A DNA stretch of 63,927 bases, the filler included, from Craspedostauros australis (taxonomy: Eukaryota), in the NCBI GenBank assembly GCA_030167865.1. It is 17 parts of 17 records of this genome, joined end to end, with 100 filler letters (N's around TTAATTAATTAA, not from the genome) between each part and the next. Parts side by side here need not be neighbours in the genome. Positions count along the whole stretch, not along the records: positions 7,398 to 12,792 come from JALAGF010004030.1; positions 12,893 to 18,152 come from JALAGF010004031.1; positions 18,253 to 31,843 come from JALAGF010004032.1; 14 more parts are not named here. One strand, 5' to 3'. Positions within the stretch are counted from its first letter, which is position 1. Every line of letters starts with the position of its first letter. Shown here one piece after another: positions 10,327 to 21,743 of this stretch. The translations under genes and the position numbers were made by a program. The notes under the pieces were generated by a model, which was not told where the DNA came from, did no database searches, and saw only the letters and a list, made by a program, of their open reading frames with translations.

Positions 10327-12792
10327 TTACAATGTCATGCAGGCGTCCGCGTTGTCGACCGGGCAGTTCATGTTGTCGGCGACAATGAACGTCTCACCGG
10401 TCGTACAAAAGGCACCAGCTGCGCAGTTGGCACAGCCCGAAGGGCAGACATTGTTGCCGAGCTCAAGATCCACGAAGAAATCGTCCGAGAAGCCAAGGTC
10501 GTTGCAAGCATCTACGCTTGTGCATGTGTAGTCGCCAACGACGACGCTTCCCGTGGTCTTGGTCGTGTCGCCTGAATGCATGAGGTAACACGCTCTGTCG
10601 GCATCGCAGGATTGCTGCCCGATGTAGACCGTGTCGTATGGTGTGGGTTGACCTGGGAAGCGGTAGGCCAAGTACTCGCAGGAGCTCAAGCCAGTGCAAG
10701 ATTGCTCCAAGACATCAAAGGACCCCAGCTGATTGGTACCTGCATTGAAACAGGAGTTATCCCCTGTGCACGACCCTGGAGATATGATGGTCGTCGTGGT
10801 TGCAACGGAGTGAAGGTTCTGGCAGCTGGCCGAACCGATGCAGCTGCCCTGCATGATGATTGCCTCGCCTCCGAGGTTGTTGCAGGCATTTGCTCCGTTG
10901 CAAGAGGTATCCGCAATGACATTGATGCCGGTCCAAACGCAATCGGTTGGATTCGCGCAGCACGCAGCACCATCTGCGGCGCACTGGGCAGTCACTTCCG
11001 CGCCGGTTCCTGTGTAGAACGTACCGGTGTGCGCACCGGCTGCTACGAAGTTGCGGAGCAGCCCGGTGTTGATGAATATCTCGTTAAACGTGGTTGCTCC
11101 ATCCGTCTGGCAAGCGAAGAAGTTTTGCAGACCCACTTGAGCCGAGGTTGCGGCAACGAGACTGTCACAACCCGCATCTCCGCCGCAGTTGATGCCGCTG
11201 AAGAATGCGGTTCTTCCGCAAAGCTCGGTGGGAGCGGATGTCGGATCTTCGGATGGCGCGGTGCTCGGTATGGTGCTCGGAATCTCAGAGGGACTCACGC
11301 TTGGTATGGCGCTAGGTTGAGGACCAGAAATCGTTGGCACCGAGCTGATGGATGGAACTGCCGAGGGGGACAGGCTCGGCGTTGAACTTGGGCTGGCCGA
11401 TGGCATGGTGCTAGGGCTTGAGCTTGGGGAGCTGCTGGGGGTACCACTTGGGATGGCGCTCGGTGATGCGCTGGGGGTACCACTTGGGCTTCCAGATGGA
11501 TCGGCAGAGGGAACCGAGCTCGCTTGCACACCACCCGTCGTTGGCACCATGCTGATGGATGGAACGGAGGATGGAGACGCACTTGCCAATGCTGTAGGGG
11601 CCCCAGTTGGGATGGCGCTCGGTGATGCGCTGGGGGTACCACTTGGGCTTCCAGATGGATCGGCAGAGGGAACCGAGGTCGCTTGCGCACCACCCGTCGT
11701 TGGCACCATGCTAATGGATGGAACGGAGGATGGAGACGCACTTGCTATTGCTGTAGGGTCTTCAGTTGGGATGGCGCTGGGCGATGCGCTGGGGGTCCCG
11801 GACGGTGATTGGGTCGGTGCCTGCGTCGGATTCATGGATGGCGATGCGCTTGGCAGCGCGCTTGGGCTGGCGCTGGGCGATGCGCTTGGGATGTTCGACG
11901 GAGAAGTCGATGGTCGCAGGGAGGAAGTCGGATCGTTGGATGGGGCTGCGGACTCTGTCGGTGCTATCGAAATGGATGGAGCCAACGTCGTTGGCTGTCC
12001 GCTAGGCACGGCACTCTCAAGTACAGACGGCGTTTGAGTGGGAGCCGAAGTTGGCGTTGAAGCTAGCGTTGCGGTAGGCGTCGAGGTTGGCGCCATGTTC
12101 ATATCCATGCCCTTGAGGCTCTTTGGAGACTTCGTGCTCTTTAGAGATTTCTCGCTCTTGCTTGATTTGGAAGTCTCAGGATCCAGGAGTGCCCCGTTCA
12201 GGCCCTTTGGCCCCTTCGGCACCTTCGGCGATTTGATACTCTTGCTGGTTTTTACAGAACTTGTTCCCATCCCTTCAGAGGCCATGGCAACAGAACCGAC
12301 ACCCCCAACGACGATCGCGTTGGATTCTGTTGTCGTCGTGCCAATCGCATTTGAATTGACTCCGCTCGATTTGACGTCCTTGCTGATCTTGCTCTTCTTG
12401 CTGCTCTGAGGCTCATCCTTTCTTTGGATTGGTATGGTGACCGGATCGGGCGAGTCAGCGGAAGCGGGATCTTCCGACTTGGATGACTTGGAGCTGTCTG
12501 TGTTCGACTTTGAAGCTGTCGACTTGTCATTGCTCTTGCTTTCGTCTGACTTGGCGAATCTTCGCCCACTGTGCCGTGTCGGTTCGGCAACGTGCAGCTG
12601 CCTCTTCTTGCGGTCGCCGGCAGAGAAGAGTTGGCGCATCCTGTTTGATTTTTCATAGTTTTCGATTCTACTGCTTCTGCTGTTGCTGGTGATGTGCCCG
12701 AATGCATCAATGGTGAACTCATCATCGAGAGCCTGGGTCGTCGTGGCGAGGTGAGCCACAAGAACGGCGTTGAGGACCCTGGCCCCTGTGCG
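10327..12792 (-). CDS. Secreted modular cell-surface/cell-wall-like protein: RXL, KXXK-rich, Pro/Ser/Thr repeats, Cys-repeat C-terminus (long allele; start codon just off the contig)
   Basis: Frame is open to the contig edge (RTGARVLNAVLVAHLATTTQA-LD, signal-like). KKRQL; many KSSK/KSPK/KGPK/KTSK; PSxxPS repeats; then SCxGxxS/AC repeats. Confidence 0.85.
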   Translation of the reverse strand, partial: RTGARVLNAVLVAHLATTTQALDDEFTIDAFGHITSNSRSSRIENYEKSNRMRQLFSAGDRKKRQLHVAEPTRHSGRRFAKSDESKSNDKSTASKSNTDSSKSSKSEDPASADSPDPVTIPIQRKDEPQSSKKSKISKDVKSSGVNSNAIGTTTTESNAIVVGGVGSVAMASEGMGTSSVKTSKSIKSPKVPKGPKGLNGALLDPETSKSSKSEKSLKSTKSPKSLKGMDMNMAPTSTPTATLASTPTSAPTQTPSVLESAVPSGQPTTLAPSISIAPTESAAPSNDPTSSLRPSTSPSNIPSASPSASPSALPSASPSMNPTQAPTQSPSGTPSASPSAIPTEDPTAIASASPSSVPSISMVPTTGGAQATSVPSADPSGSPSGTPSASPSAIPTGAPTALASASPSSVPSISMVPTTGGVQASSVPSADPSGSPSGTPSASPSAIPSGTPSSSPSSSPSTMPSASPSSTPSLSPSAVPSISSVPTISGPQPSAIPSVSPSEIPSTIPSTAPSEDPTSAPTELCGRTAFFSGINCGGDAGCDSLVAATSAQVGLQNFFACQTDGATTFNEIFINTGLLRNFVAAGAHTGTFYTGTGAEVTAQCAADGAACCANPTDCVWTGINVIADTSCNGANACNNLGGEAIIMQGSCIGSASCQNLHSVATTTTIISPGSCTGDNSCFNAGTNQLGSFDVLEQSCTGLSSCEYLAYRFPGQPTPYDTVYIGQQSCDADRACYLMHSGDTTKTTGSVVVGDYTCTSVDACNDLGFSDDFFVDLELGNNVCPSGCANCAAGAFCTTGETFIVADNMNCPVDNADACMTL

Positions 12793-13762
12793 NNNNNNNN
12801 NNNNNNNNNNNNNNNNNNNNNNNNNNNNNNNNNNNNTTAATTAATTAANNNNNNNNNNNNNNNNNNNNNNNNNNNNNNNNNNNNNNNNNNNNCATCAACA
12901 ACTATTTGCGCGCCTCACATGCCATACTTGTCGACCAGATTAGAGACGTGGATCAGAACGATTGTGAAGGCCTCACCATGGTATACTTGGAAAGAGGAAG
13001 CATCACTCGGTGAGATCGTAATTCTACGGACTTCAAGGTCGTAGTAGTTCTGATGCATGCGTCGATCAAATGGCATTGCAAATATTCGATCACAACGCAC
13101 TTCCTCCTGGTACCATATGTAATACTACATATTATACTTGAGGAGTCGCGGTAGCTGTCGGTGACGTTGGCTTGTGACGCTCATGTCGCATACTTTCGAG
13201 CGTATGCATTGCTCCAATGCTTCTTGTTGAGAGTCTTGTGGTTCGCATCAATGCCATCCCGCAACCACAAGGCACGATTCATCAATGTCACGCTGTAGCG
13301 CCAGCTATTGTCGAAGAAGGAGTGATGGATCCGACTGAGCAAACAGACTGTGCGTGTTTCTCTTTGGGCGGATGATGACACCTCGGATGATTCTGGAAAG
13401 AATGAGTCCCTGCCAAATCGTCAGATGCCGCCAGCCAGACGGAAGAAGCCTCGTGTCTTGAGCTCGAGCGTTGAATGGCGTTGTGGATGGCGCGAATTAT
13501 CCAAGAACCACACAGTGTAATATACCTATTGTTGCATATTTGACGCATCTTCCAATACACGACTAGTCTATCAACTCAGCAAAGACCTTGACATCTACTC
13601 TCTCCGTCTTTCGGTCTCTCAGCCTCTCTGGCTCACCAGACAACAAGAGGCCGAAAAACAGGGTAGTTCGTGGAGTCTATTGCATCAACGTTCATATCTT
13701 TAGTCCGCTCTGCCTCCTGCGTTGCTTGTTAATCGTATTCCGCCGCTGTCGAGGGATTACAA

Positions 13763-15059
13763 TCAGTCAAAGTTCGCCTCAAAGTCTTCCAACTCTGGAA
13801 ACCCAACTGCTTCGCGGACGTCTGCAAAGCTGGCAATGTTGCATGTGTCGAGGCTTGCGGGATGACCCTCGTTTTCGCAGCTCGCCATTGTACGGATGGT
13901 CGAGCTCAGTTCCATCAAGGCCTTCACAGTCGCTTGGAGCGCCGTCACGCCATGCAACGCAATGTCATAGCCAAGATCCCGAATCTCCTCACTGGAATAT
14001 ATCGATCTGTCTCCAGCTTCTTGCTGAACCTGAGCGATCATCGTCACCGTTGTCTTGTCGGCCAGCGATTGCTGCAGGTCTTTGTACTCTTGTTTGGACT
14101 GCAGTGCCTCCGCGTACACAATATCTGTGCACAAAGCGCACCACATGAATAGAAGAGCAGAGAAGTAAAACAAAGAAAGTTGCCATCAGGAGGGGCGTTG
14201 AGCATGTATCATACATCTACATGTGCCTGTGCCTGTGCTGGTGTATCACCGCACAGTCTGCCACACGTGGATAGAAAATCGTGATACCAAGAAACCGAAT
14301 GGAGTTGCGTGCAACAATCAATTCTGTTGCAGGGGATTGGCGTTTTGGCGACAGCCATACAAACCTACCTGCGCCCATCTCTTCAAACGCTTGGCATCGA
14401 TGGATTGCTTCATCGACCCCCAATGCCCTTCGGCAGTCTGTCCGCGCAATCAGGAGTATCCTGTTTCCGTCCTTCTCCCACGCCTCCGTCTTCGCATGGA
14501 GGGCCACCTTGATACGCTTGATGGCATCCTCGCGAGGTAGAACATTGACGGATGCCCCAGCTGCGTACGTGCACCGTTTGGGAAAGATCTGATCCTCGAT
14601 CGACACTGCCGCTGCGCCGATAGATGCCAAGCTTCGAATTGTATGTCGCACGTTCGATGCACCGCCGTACCCCGTATCTCCGTCAACCAGGATGGGGATA
14701 CCCTCGGTGCATTGGATGCAGCTGCGTGCCGCGTCCTGCATTTCGGTCAGTGTTATGATCCCAGCATCCGGCATGCCCAACCGGCTTGCGGAAACGCCGA
14801 ATCCGCTGACGAAGAGCGCCTTGGCGTTGCCCTGCTGTTGCAGGATCTTGGAGGACAGCGCATCGTATACTCCAGGCACCAGCAATACCCGATGTTGGGC
14901 TCGTACTTCGTCGATGATGGAAAGCAGTTTAGCTGCAGAAGATCCGCCGTTGGTGGATGACAACGCAACCACGGTGGTCGGGATCATCACAACAATGGAG
15001 AAAATGAGGAAGACGACGACGACGAAGGGGAGGAGGCTGATTGGATGGAATCGCATCAT
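13763..15059 (-). CDS. ICL/PEP mutase superfamily enzyme (copy 2); exons 15059-14369 and 14124-13763
   Basis: Translation is identical to the gene at 8268-9564. Confidence 0.92.
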
Positions 15060-15821
15060 GATCGTCGGAATCAATGAGAAATGATATCCCTCTCCCTCTC
15101 TCTGTCTCGCTTTGCCCACACTGGCTATGCTGACTTGAGAAGTGCGACAGGTGGCATGCGTTGCGTTGTGTATGTTGTTATATGTTCTATTGCATTTGTT
15201 GGCAGCCAAGAAGCAGCTCTCGTAGATTTGACCCGAGGCAGAGGTGGTCTGATTCGTCGTCGTCGTCGTCGTCGCCGCCGCCGTTGTTGATGCTGCTGTG
15301 GCTGTCGTATTTGTTCTTGATGTTGTTGTGAAGGTACGCGCGGCTACAAACGGGCGTTTGATTGGACAAAAAGGTATCTTTCACATCACAATCTGGCTCT
15401 CATCAAAGGCACAGAAACTGCCTTTCCCAAAGCACGTCATCACAATCGCCACACGGATCCAAACGCAAATCCAACTCCGCCCTGCAAATCCAAACACAAA
15501 TGGAAATGCAAAATGCAGGATACCCTCCTCGCTGTGCAGATCACAAATGAGATCCGCCACTTGCATTGACACACGACGAGCACTTCCAACCACCAAGAGC
15601 CAACACGCAAATATACCATCAGTGCGGCATGGTACCATACCATAGTGTGAGCATGATTTGACGGCGGAACGCTGTGCGGTGCTGTTCTGCGACTGCCGCA
15701 GCACCTGGCACTATACGTACTCGTACCATGCCATCTGGGTCACCTGACGCTTGAAACGAAATTCCAACCCCAATAATCGCTGCAGCACCCTGGAATAACA
15801 CCACGATATGTACTACATATG

Positions 15822-18152
15822 TTACAATGTCATGCAGGCGTCCGCGTTGTCGACCGGGCAGTTCATGTTGTCGGCGACAATGAACGTCTCACCGGTCGTA
15901 CAAAAGGCACCAGCTGCGCAGTTGGCACAGCCCGAAGGGCAGACATTGTTGCCGAGCTCAAGATCCACGAAGAAATCGTCCGAGAAGCCAAGGTCGTTGC
16001 AAGCATCTACGCTTGTGCATGTGTAGTCGCCAACGACGACGCTTCCCGTGGTCTTGGTCGTGTCGCCTGAATGCATGAGGTAACACGCTCTGTCGGCATC
16101 GCAGGATTGCTGCCCGATGTAGACCGTGTCGTATGGTGTGGGTTGACCTGGGAAGCGGTAGGCCAAGTACTCGCAGGAGCTCAAGCCAGTGCAAGATTGC
16201 TCCAAGACATCAAAGGACCCCAGCTGATTGGTACCTGCATTGAAACAGGAGTTATCCCCTGTGCACGACCCTGGAGATATGATGGTCGTCGTGGTTGCAA
16301 CGGAGTGAAGGTTCTGGCAGCTGGCCGAACCGATGCAGCTGCCCTGCATGATGATTGCCTCGCCTCCGAGGTTGTTGCAGGCATTTGCTCCGTTGCAAGA
16401 GGTATCCGCAATGACATTGATGCCGGTCCAAACGCAATCGGTTGGATTCGCGCAGCACGCAGCACCATCTGCGGCGCACTGGGCAGTCACTTCCGCGCCG
16501 GTTCCTGTGTAGAACGTACCGGTGTGCGCACCGGCTGCTACGAAGTTGCGGAGCAGCCCGGTGTTGATGAATATCTCGTTAAACGTGGTTGCTCCATCCG
16601 TCTGGCAAGCGAAGAAGTTTTGCAGACCCACTTGAGCCGAGGTTGCGGCAACGAGACTGTCACAACCCGCATCTCCGCCGCAGTTGATGCCGCTGAAGAA
16701 TGCGGTTCTTCCGCAAAGCTCGGTGGGAGCGGATGTCGGATCTTCGGATGGCGCGGTGCTCGGTATGGTGCTCGGAATCTCAGAGGGACTCACGCTTGGT
16801 ATGGCGCTAGGTTGAGGACCAGAAATCGTTGGCACCGAGCTGATGGATGGAACTGCCGAGGGGGACAGGCTCGGCGTTGAACTTGGGCTGGCCGATGGCA
16901 TGGTGCTAGGGCTTGAGCTTGGGGAGCTGCTGGGGGTACCGCTTGGGCTGACAGATGGCATGATGCTAGGGCTTGAGCTTGGAGAGCTGCTGGGGGTACC
17001 ACTTGGGCTTCCAGATGGAACGGCAGATGGAACCGAGGTCGGTTGCGCACCATCCGTCGTTGGCATCATGCTAATGGATGGAACGGAGGATGGAGAAGAA
17101 CTTGCCAATGCTGTAGGGGCCCCAGTTGGGATGGCGCTCGGTGATGCGCTGGGGGTCCCGGACGGTGATTGGGTCGGTGCCTGCGTCGGATTCATGGATG
17201 GTGATGCGCTTGGCAGCGCGCTTGGGCTGGCGCTGGGCGATGCGCTTGGTATGTTCGACGGAGAAGTCGATGGTCGCAGGGAGGAAGTCGGATCGTTGGA
17301 TGGGGCTGCGGACTCTGTCGGTGCTATCGAAATGGATGGAGCCAACGTCGTTGGCTGTCCGCTAGGCACGGCACTCTCAAGTACAGACGGCGTTTGAGTG
17401 GGAGCCGAAGTTGGCGTTGAAGCTAGCGTTGCGGTAGGCGTCGAGGTTGGCGCCATGTTCATATCCATGCCCTTGAGGCTCTTTGGAGACTTCGTGCTCT
17501 TTAGAGATTTCTCGCTCTTGCTTGATTTGGAAGTCTCAGGATCCAGGAGTGCCCCGTTCAGGCCCTTTGGCCCCTTCGGCACCTTCGGCGATTTGATACT
17601 CTTGCTGGTTTTTACAGAACTTGTTCCCATCCCTTCAGAGGCCATGGCAACAGAACCGACACCCCCAACGACGATCGCGTTGGATTCTGTTGTCGTCGTG
17701 CCAATCGCATTTGAATTGACTCCGCTCGATTTGACGTCCTTGCTGATCTTGCTCTTCTTGCTGCTCTGAGGCTCATCCTTTCTTTGGATTGGTATGGTGA
17801 CCGGATCGGGCGAGTCAGCGGAAGCGGGATCTTCCGACTTGGATGACTTGGAGCTGTCTGTGTTCGACTTTGAAGCTGTCGACTTGTCATTGCTCTTGCT
17901 TTCGTCTGACTTGGCGAATCTTCGCCCACTGTGCCGTGTCGGTTCGGCAACGTGCAGCTGCCTCTTCTTGCGGTCGCCGGCAGAGAAGAGTTGGCGCATC
18001 CTGTTTGATTTTTCATAGTTTTCGATTCTACTGCTTCTGCTGTTGCTGGTGATGTGCCCGAATGCATCAATGGTGAACTCATCATCGAGAGCCTGGGTCG
18101 TCGTGGCGAGGTGAGCCACAAGAACGGCGTTGAGGACCCTGGCCCCTGTGCG
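15822..18152 (-). CDS. Secreted RXL/KXXK/Pro-Ser/Cys-repeat protein (short allele, 45 aa shorter)
   Basis: Same protein as 10327-12792 except for the repeat array (765 vs 810 aa ORF). Confidence 0.85.
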   Translation of the reverse strand, partial: RTGARVLNAVLVAHLATTTQALDDEFTIDAFGHITSNSRSSRIENYEKSNRMRQLFSAGDRKKRQLHVAEPTRHSGRRFAKSDESKSNDKSTASKSNTDSSKSSKSEDPASADSPDPVTIPIQRKDEPQSSKKSKISKDVKSSGVNSNAIGTTTTESNAIVVGGVGSVAMASEGMGTSSVKTSKSIKSPKVPKGPKGLNGALLDPETSKSSKSEKSLKSTKSPKSLKGMDMNMAPTSTPTATLASTPTSAPTQTPSVLESAVPSGQPTTLAPSISIAPTESAAPSNDPTSSLRPSTSPSNIPSASPSASPSALPSASPSMNPTQAPTQSPSGTPSASPSAIPTGAPTALASSSPSSVPSISMMPTTDGAQPTSVPSAVPSGSPSGTPSSSPSSSPSIMPSVSPSGTPSSSPSSSPSTMPSASPSSTPSLSPSAVPSISSVPTISGPQPSAIPSVSPSEIPSTIPSTAPSEDPTSAPTELCGRTAFFSGINCGGDAGCDSLVAATSAQVGLQNFFACQTDGATTFNEIFINTGLLRNFVAAGAHTGTFYTGTGAEVTAQCAADGAACCANPTDCVWTGINVIADTSCNGANACNNLGGEAIIMQGSCIGSASCQNLHSVATTTTIISPGSCTGDNSCFNAGTNQLGSFDVLEQSCTGLSSCEYLAYRFPGQPTPYDTVYIGQQSCDADRACYLMHSGDTTKTTGSVVVGDYTCTSVDACNDLGFSDDFFVDLELGNNVCPSGCANCAAGAFCTTGETFIVADNMNCPVDNADACMTL

Positions 18153-18253
18153 NNNNNNNNNNNNNNNNNNNNNNNNNNNNNNNNNNNNNNNNNNNNTTAA
18201 TTAATTAANNNNNNNNNNNNNNNNNNNNNNNNNNNNNNNNNNNNNNNNNNNNC

Positions 18254-18697
18254 CGTCCCGACACGGTCAGCTTCAACACCCTCATCAATTGCTGGGCCAA
18301 GGCCAGCTCGGCCCGACCGCACGGCGCCCAACGTGCCGATGACCTCTTGACCACCCTGCAGCAGCGGTACCGCCAATCCGACAAGAGCCACGATCTGCGT
18401 CCCACCACCATCACGTACAGCTCCGTCATCGCGGCCTGGGCGCGCAGCCGCAAGACGCAGGCGGCCGATCGGGCGCTCGAGCTGCTAGGAGCCATGAACG
18501 CCAACCGGCATCTCAGGCCCACCGTTCTGACCTACAATGCCGTGCTGCGGGCGGTCGTGGCGTCACCCATATTGTCGGACAAGGAGACGATTGATCATGT
18601 GGGCGGTGTCTTGCGCAAGATGAAGAAGGCCAGAATTGCCACCGATGGGTTTACCAAAAAAGCCATCGCACCTTTTGCCGATCAATTTGACTTGTGA
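18254..18697 (+). CDS. Pentatricopeptide repeat (PPR) protein, C-terminal fragment
   Basis: Three PPR starts: PDTVSFNTLINCWAK, PTTITYSSVIAAWARS, PTVLTYNAVLRA. Frame is open from the contig edge. Confidence 0.92.
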   Translation, partial: RPDTVSFNTLINCWAKASSARPHGAQRADDLLTTLQQRYRQSDKSHDLRPTTITYSSVIAAWARSRKTQAADRALELLGAMNANRHLRPTVLTYNAVLRAVVASPILSDKETIDHVGGVLRKMKKARIATDGFTKKAIAPFADQFDL

Positions 18698-19431
18698 TGG
18701 AAAATAGCAAAGCAGCTAAGCACCGACATCGCACGTACCATCATGTACACTGGTAGAGAGTACCAGTATACCTTCGACAACAACTGTGAATGTTCCGGTA
18801 CTACCTGCGTGGTCTGATTGATTTGTTCTTGGTTTGGGAATGCTTTTGTCAGCAGGAAGTATTCGGATTCCGATCCATCGCTGTCATGGGAACCGTTTTT
18901 GCGAATGACATACGAGAAATACGAAGTTGAGTTGCTGTGCTCTATGTGCTGCTGCGTTCGTCATTGCTGTCGCACAGCTTCGCCATTCTCATGACGCACT
19001 TGCACCAATTAGTAGGCACGAATGGATGCAACCAATCAGGTTTCTTCCACAATGATGTAGATGTGTTCACAAAACAACGTCCACACAAAAAGACTTCTCA
19101 AACTGTCGTTTGATTAGATGTTCCTACCCTGCTCATGTGGCACAGCTTTGTGTGAGAACTAGTATCGGGACGAGCGTGTGCGGTACTGGCGTGTGTTGTG
19201 TACTTGCACAAGGATCGGCCCAGCACAGTGCGAGGAAAGGATCTCGTTGATGTCGACAGAACCTTGCTGCGGCCATCAACCGATGTGGTGTGATGTGCCG
19301 CGATGCGATTCGGCATAGGAGGCAACGCATCAACGACACCAATACGAAGGAATGCTGGCATCATCACATCAGCCGGATCAAGTGGGCATGTCAGCTCGCG
19401 CTCGGCTATTTGTGCTCAAACCGTGGATGGA

Positions 19432-19568
19432 ACTCGACTCGATTAGAGTCATGTCAAGTCGAAAAGAGTCAAGCCAAGTCAAGTCAAGCACCCCACGAGT
19501 AGAGTGAACCAAGTGAAATAGAGCCAAGCCAAGTGCGAGCAGAGTAGAGCAGAGTAGAGCAGAACAGA
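19432..19568. repeat. Mixed pentanucleotide repeat tract (AAGTC/AAGCC/AGAGC/AGAGT)
   Basis: caagccaagtcaagtcaag...gagcagagtagagcagagtagagcagaacagaa, upstream of the fibrillin-like gene. Confidence 0.7.
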
Positions 19569-19856
19569 ATGAAGATTGTTATACAGGGAAGAGCATCTCC
19601 AGGTCTATGCAGGATAGAACGGGATTGGTTGACTGCAGGTGAGGCTACTACATCGCAGCAACTTTGCTCAACGGGTGACTGCATCGCATCGCAACATCTT
19701 CATGACCCACAACTATCGATACTTCAGACATCCAGTCGTTGTTCAGTATCATCATCGTCGTCGTCGTCACTATCATCATTGTCGTCGTCGTCGTCGTGCA
19801 AATCACCCCCACGCCCACGACAACTACTAGTAGAACCCGACGCAGATAGCAATCCA

Positions 19857-20738
19857 ATGAACCGACTGCAAGCTGCCAAGCAGCACTTGCACGACATGCT
19901 GAAGCAGCACAATGGCTCGCCGAGCCACCCGGAAGTATTGGATGCCATTGATCAGTTGCAACGTGCCAACACAACTCCTGTGACTGCCAATCTTGTCAAT
20001 AACCTTTTGGTTGGTAGGTACCATACCTTGACCGCGCCCCAATTTCCCGGCCAAGTGAATGACTCGGCGACCATGTCTGACAACGAGCATCCTCAGTACA
20101 CGTTGGGACGCTTGTCTTTTCATATCTTCCAACCAGCGAGTCTACTATGTTCTGTGGTACGTATTCGCAACGAAATCGTTGCACACGATGCGGACAATGA
20201 CAACATTGGTGACATTGGTGACAATGGTGACAATCAAAACAATGATGACAATCAAAACAATGACAACGAGAGCAATGAAACTGAACATAGTGGTGACAAT
20301 GGCAAGAAACAGTATTCCTTCGACATCATCTGCGACATCATAATTCATACAGATGACAACGTCGATTTGCCAGCCACATTGACGAATCATGCTACCTGCT
20401 GGTGGTCGAAGAATCGACTGAAAGTGAAATTCCGCGGTGGCACGCTATCATCATCGTCATATGGCGAGGATGAGGAGGTTTGGCGTCGCACTTTTGCGTC
20501 CGCGTATGAAACTGCCGCGTCACAACAGTCGGTCGTGTCTTCCATCGTGTGGTTCGTGATGAAGTTGGTGTTGGGATTGCGATTACCAACCGATGCCAAT
20601 CCCGGTGCATCGTTCCAGTTTGAGATGAAACGGTCGCCGATCGGATGGATGGAGTTCTTGTATCTCGATGACGATCTGCGCGTCTCGAAAGGCAATCGTG
20701 GCACCATCGTGATCGTCGAGCGCATGGAGGAGTGCTGA
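19857..20738 (+). CDS. PAP/fibrillin-like protein
   Basis: N-terminal AKQHL...AIDQL...LVG.Y and C-terminal WMEFLYLDDDLRVSKGNRGTIVIVER match the fibrillin terminal motif (YLD..LR..RGN.G). Start at MNRLQ is inferred. Confidence 0.75.
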   Translation: MNRLQAAKQHLHDMLKQHNGSPSHPEVLDAIDQLQRANTTPVTANLVNNLLVGRYHTLTAPQFPGQVNDSATMSDNEHPQYTLGRLSFHIFQPASLLCSVVRIRNEIVAHDADNDNIGDIGDNGDNQNNDDNQNNDNESNETEHSGDNGKKQYSFDIICDIIIHTDDNVDLPATLTNHATCWWSKNRLKVKFRGGTLSSSSYGEDEEVWRRTFASAYETAASQQSVVSSIVWFVMKLVLGLRLPTDANPGASFQFEMKRSPIGWMEFLYLDDDLRVSKGNRGTIVIVERMEEC

Positions 20739-21743
20739 TTCATGACAACGACAGCAACAACGACGACAACAACGACGACGACAACTGCGACTACGAATGA
20801 GAATAACAATACGATAATAGAGTAAAGTGTCATCACAACAGCACATTGAGAGCGTGTCCGAGTCGAGCAGTGTGGGGTGGAGTATGGCATGCCATCATAT
20901 ACTGCTACGATGCTCTACTCGTGCGCTATTGACATCAAGTAGAGTGCAAACAGCTTGCCATGCACCATACGCAGGTACTTCCTGTGCTATTGCCCACCAA
21001 ACTGCCACATTCGCAGCTTGTACTTCGTGTCAGGCGAAGACAATGTTGATGACCCACACGAATTTGGCACACTCTCCAATTCCCGAAAACATGCAAAATT
21101 TCAGTTGTCGGTTTTCATCATCAGTCTACGTTCAAAACTAGAGTCGAATCTGAGGAGATTCCGATCGTGACACCGGACGACGCCCAGACTGAAACCAACC
21201 AACCTCCAAACTATCAAACTCTACTAGTGGGGAAGCCAGGCAATCGAAGGGAAACTGTTGATGATCCTCAAGGCACAAGCCATTTACCTCCGACATGGTC
21301 TCTACTCTGCTGCGTACGATTCAGCTGCTGATGTCTAACGCCCAATTAACTGAAATAACGCTCTCGCCTCTTTGTCCGGACGAGCCATTCCTCGCGAGAG
21401 AAACAACGCGGAGTCACCATGCTCTACAGCGTCGTACTTTCGACGCGCTGCGTTTTGTCCCTGTGGACGTAGAATCTTGCCGTTCAAACTTGTACCAGCA
21501 TGAAGCATCAGGAAGGAATCAACAGAACAACCCTGCAAGCTTGTTTGCGTGTTGGGACTCTTGATCGCACCCAGCAGACACACCCAGCAGACACACCCAG
21601 CAGACACACCCAGAAACACCACACAAAACAGCGCGAACGGCACAAATCCACTCAAAAGATCACAACCAGAATAACAGCAACATTTGCAACAGCAATAGCA
21701 ACACCACAAGCACCCTGATTCAACTCACAACCAACGTGCAAAG

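Larger units (their letters stand above)
12893..18152. repeat. Near-identical second copy (alternative haplotype/assembly bubble) of contig 7398-12792
   Basis: Same start and end sequence and the same ORFs at offset 5495. It is 135 nt shorter, and the visible differences lie in the Pro/Ser repeat region. Confidence 0.97.

Noticed and set aside
7398..18152. Tandem segmental duplication of a 5.4-kb block
   Set aside because: The copies are separate contigs with identical end points, which fits alternative haplotype/bubble paths rather than a tandem array.
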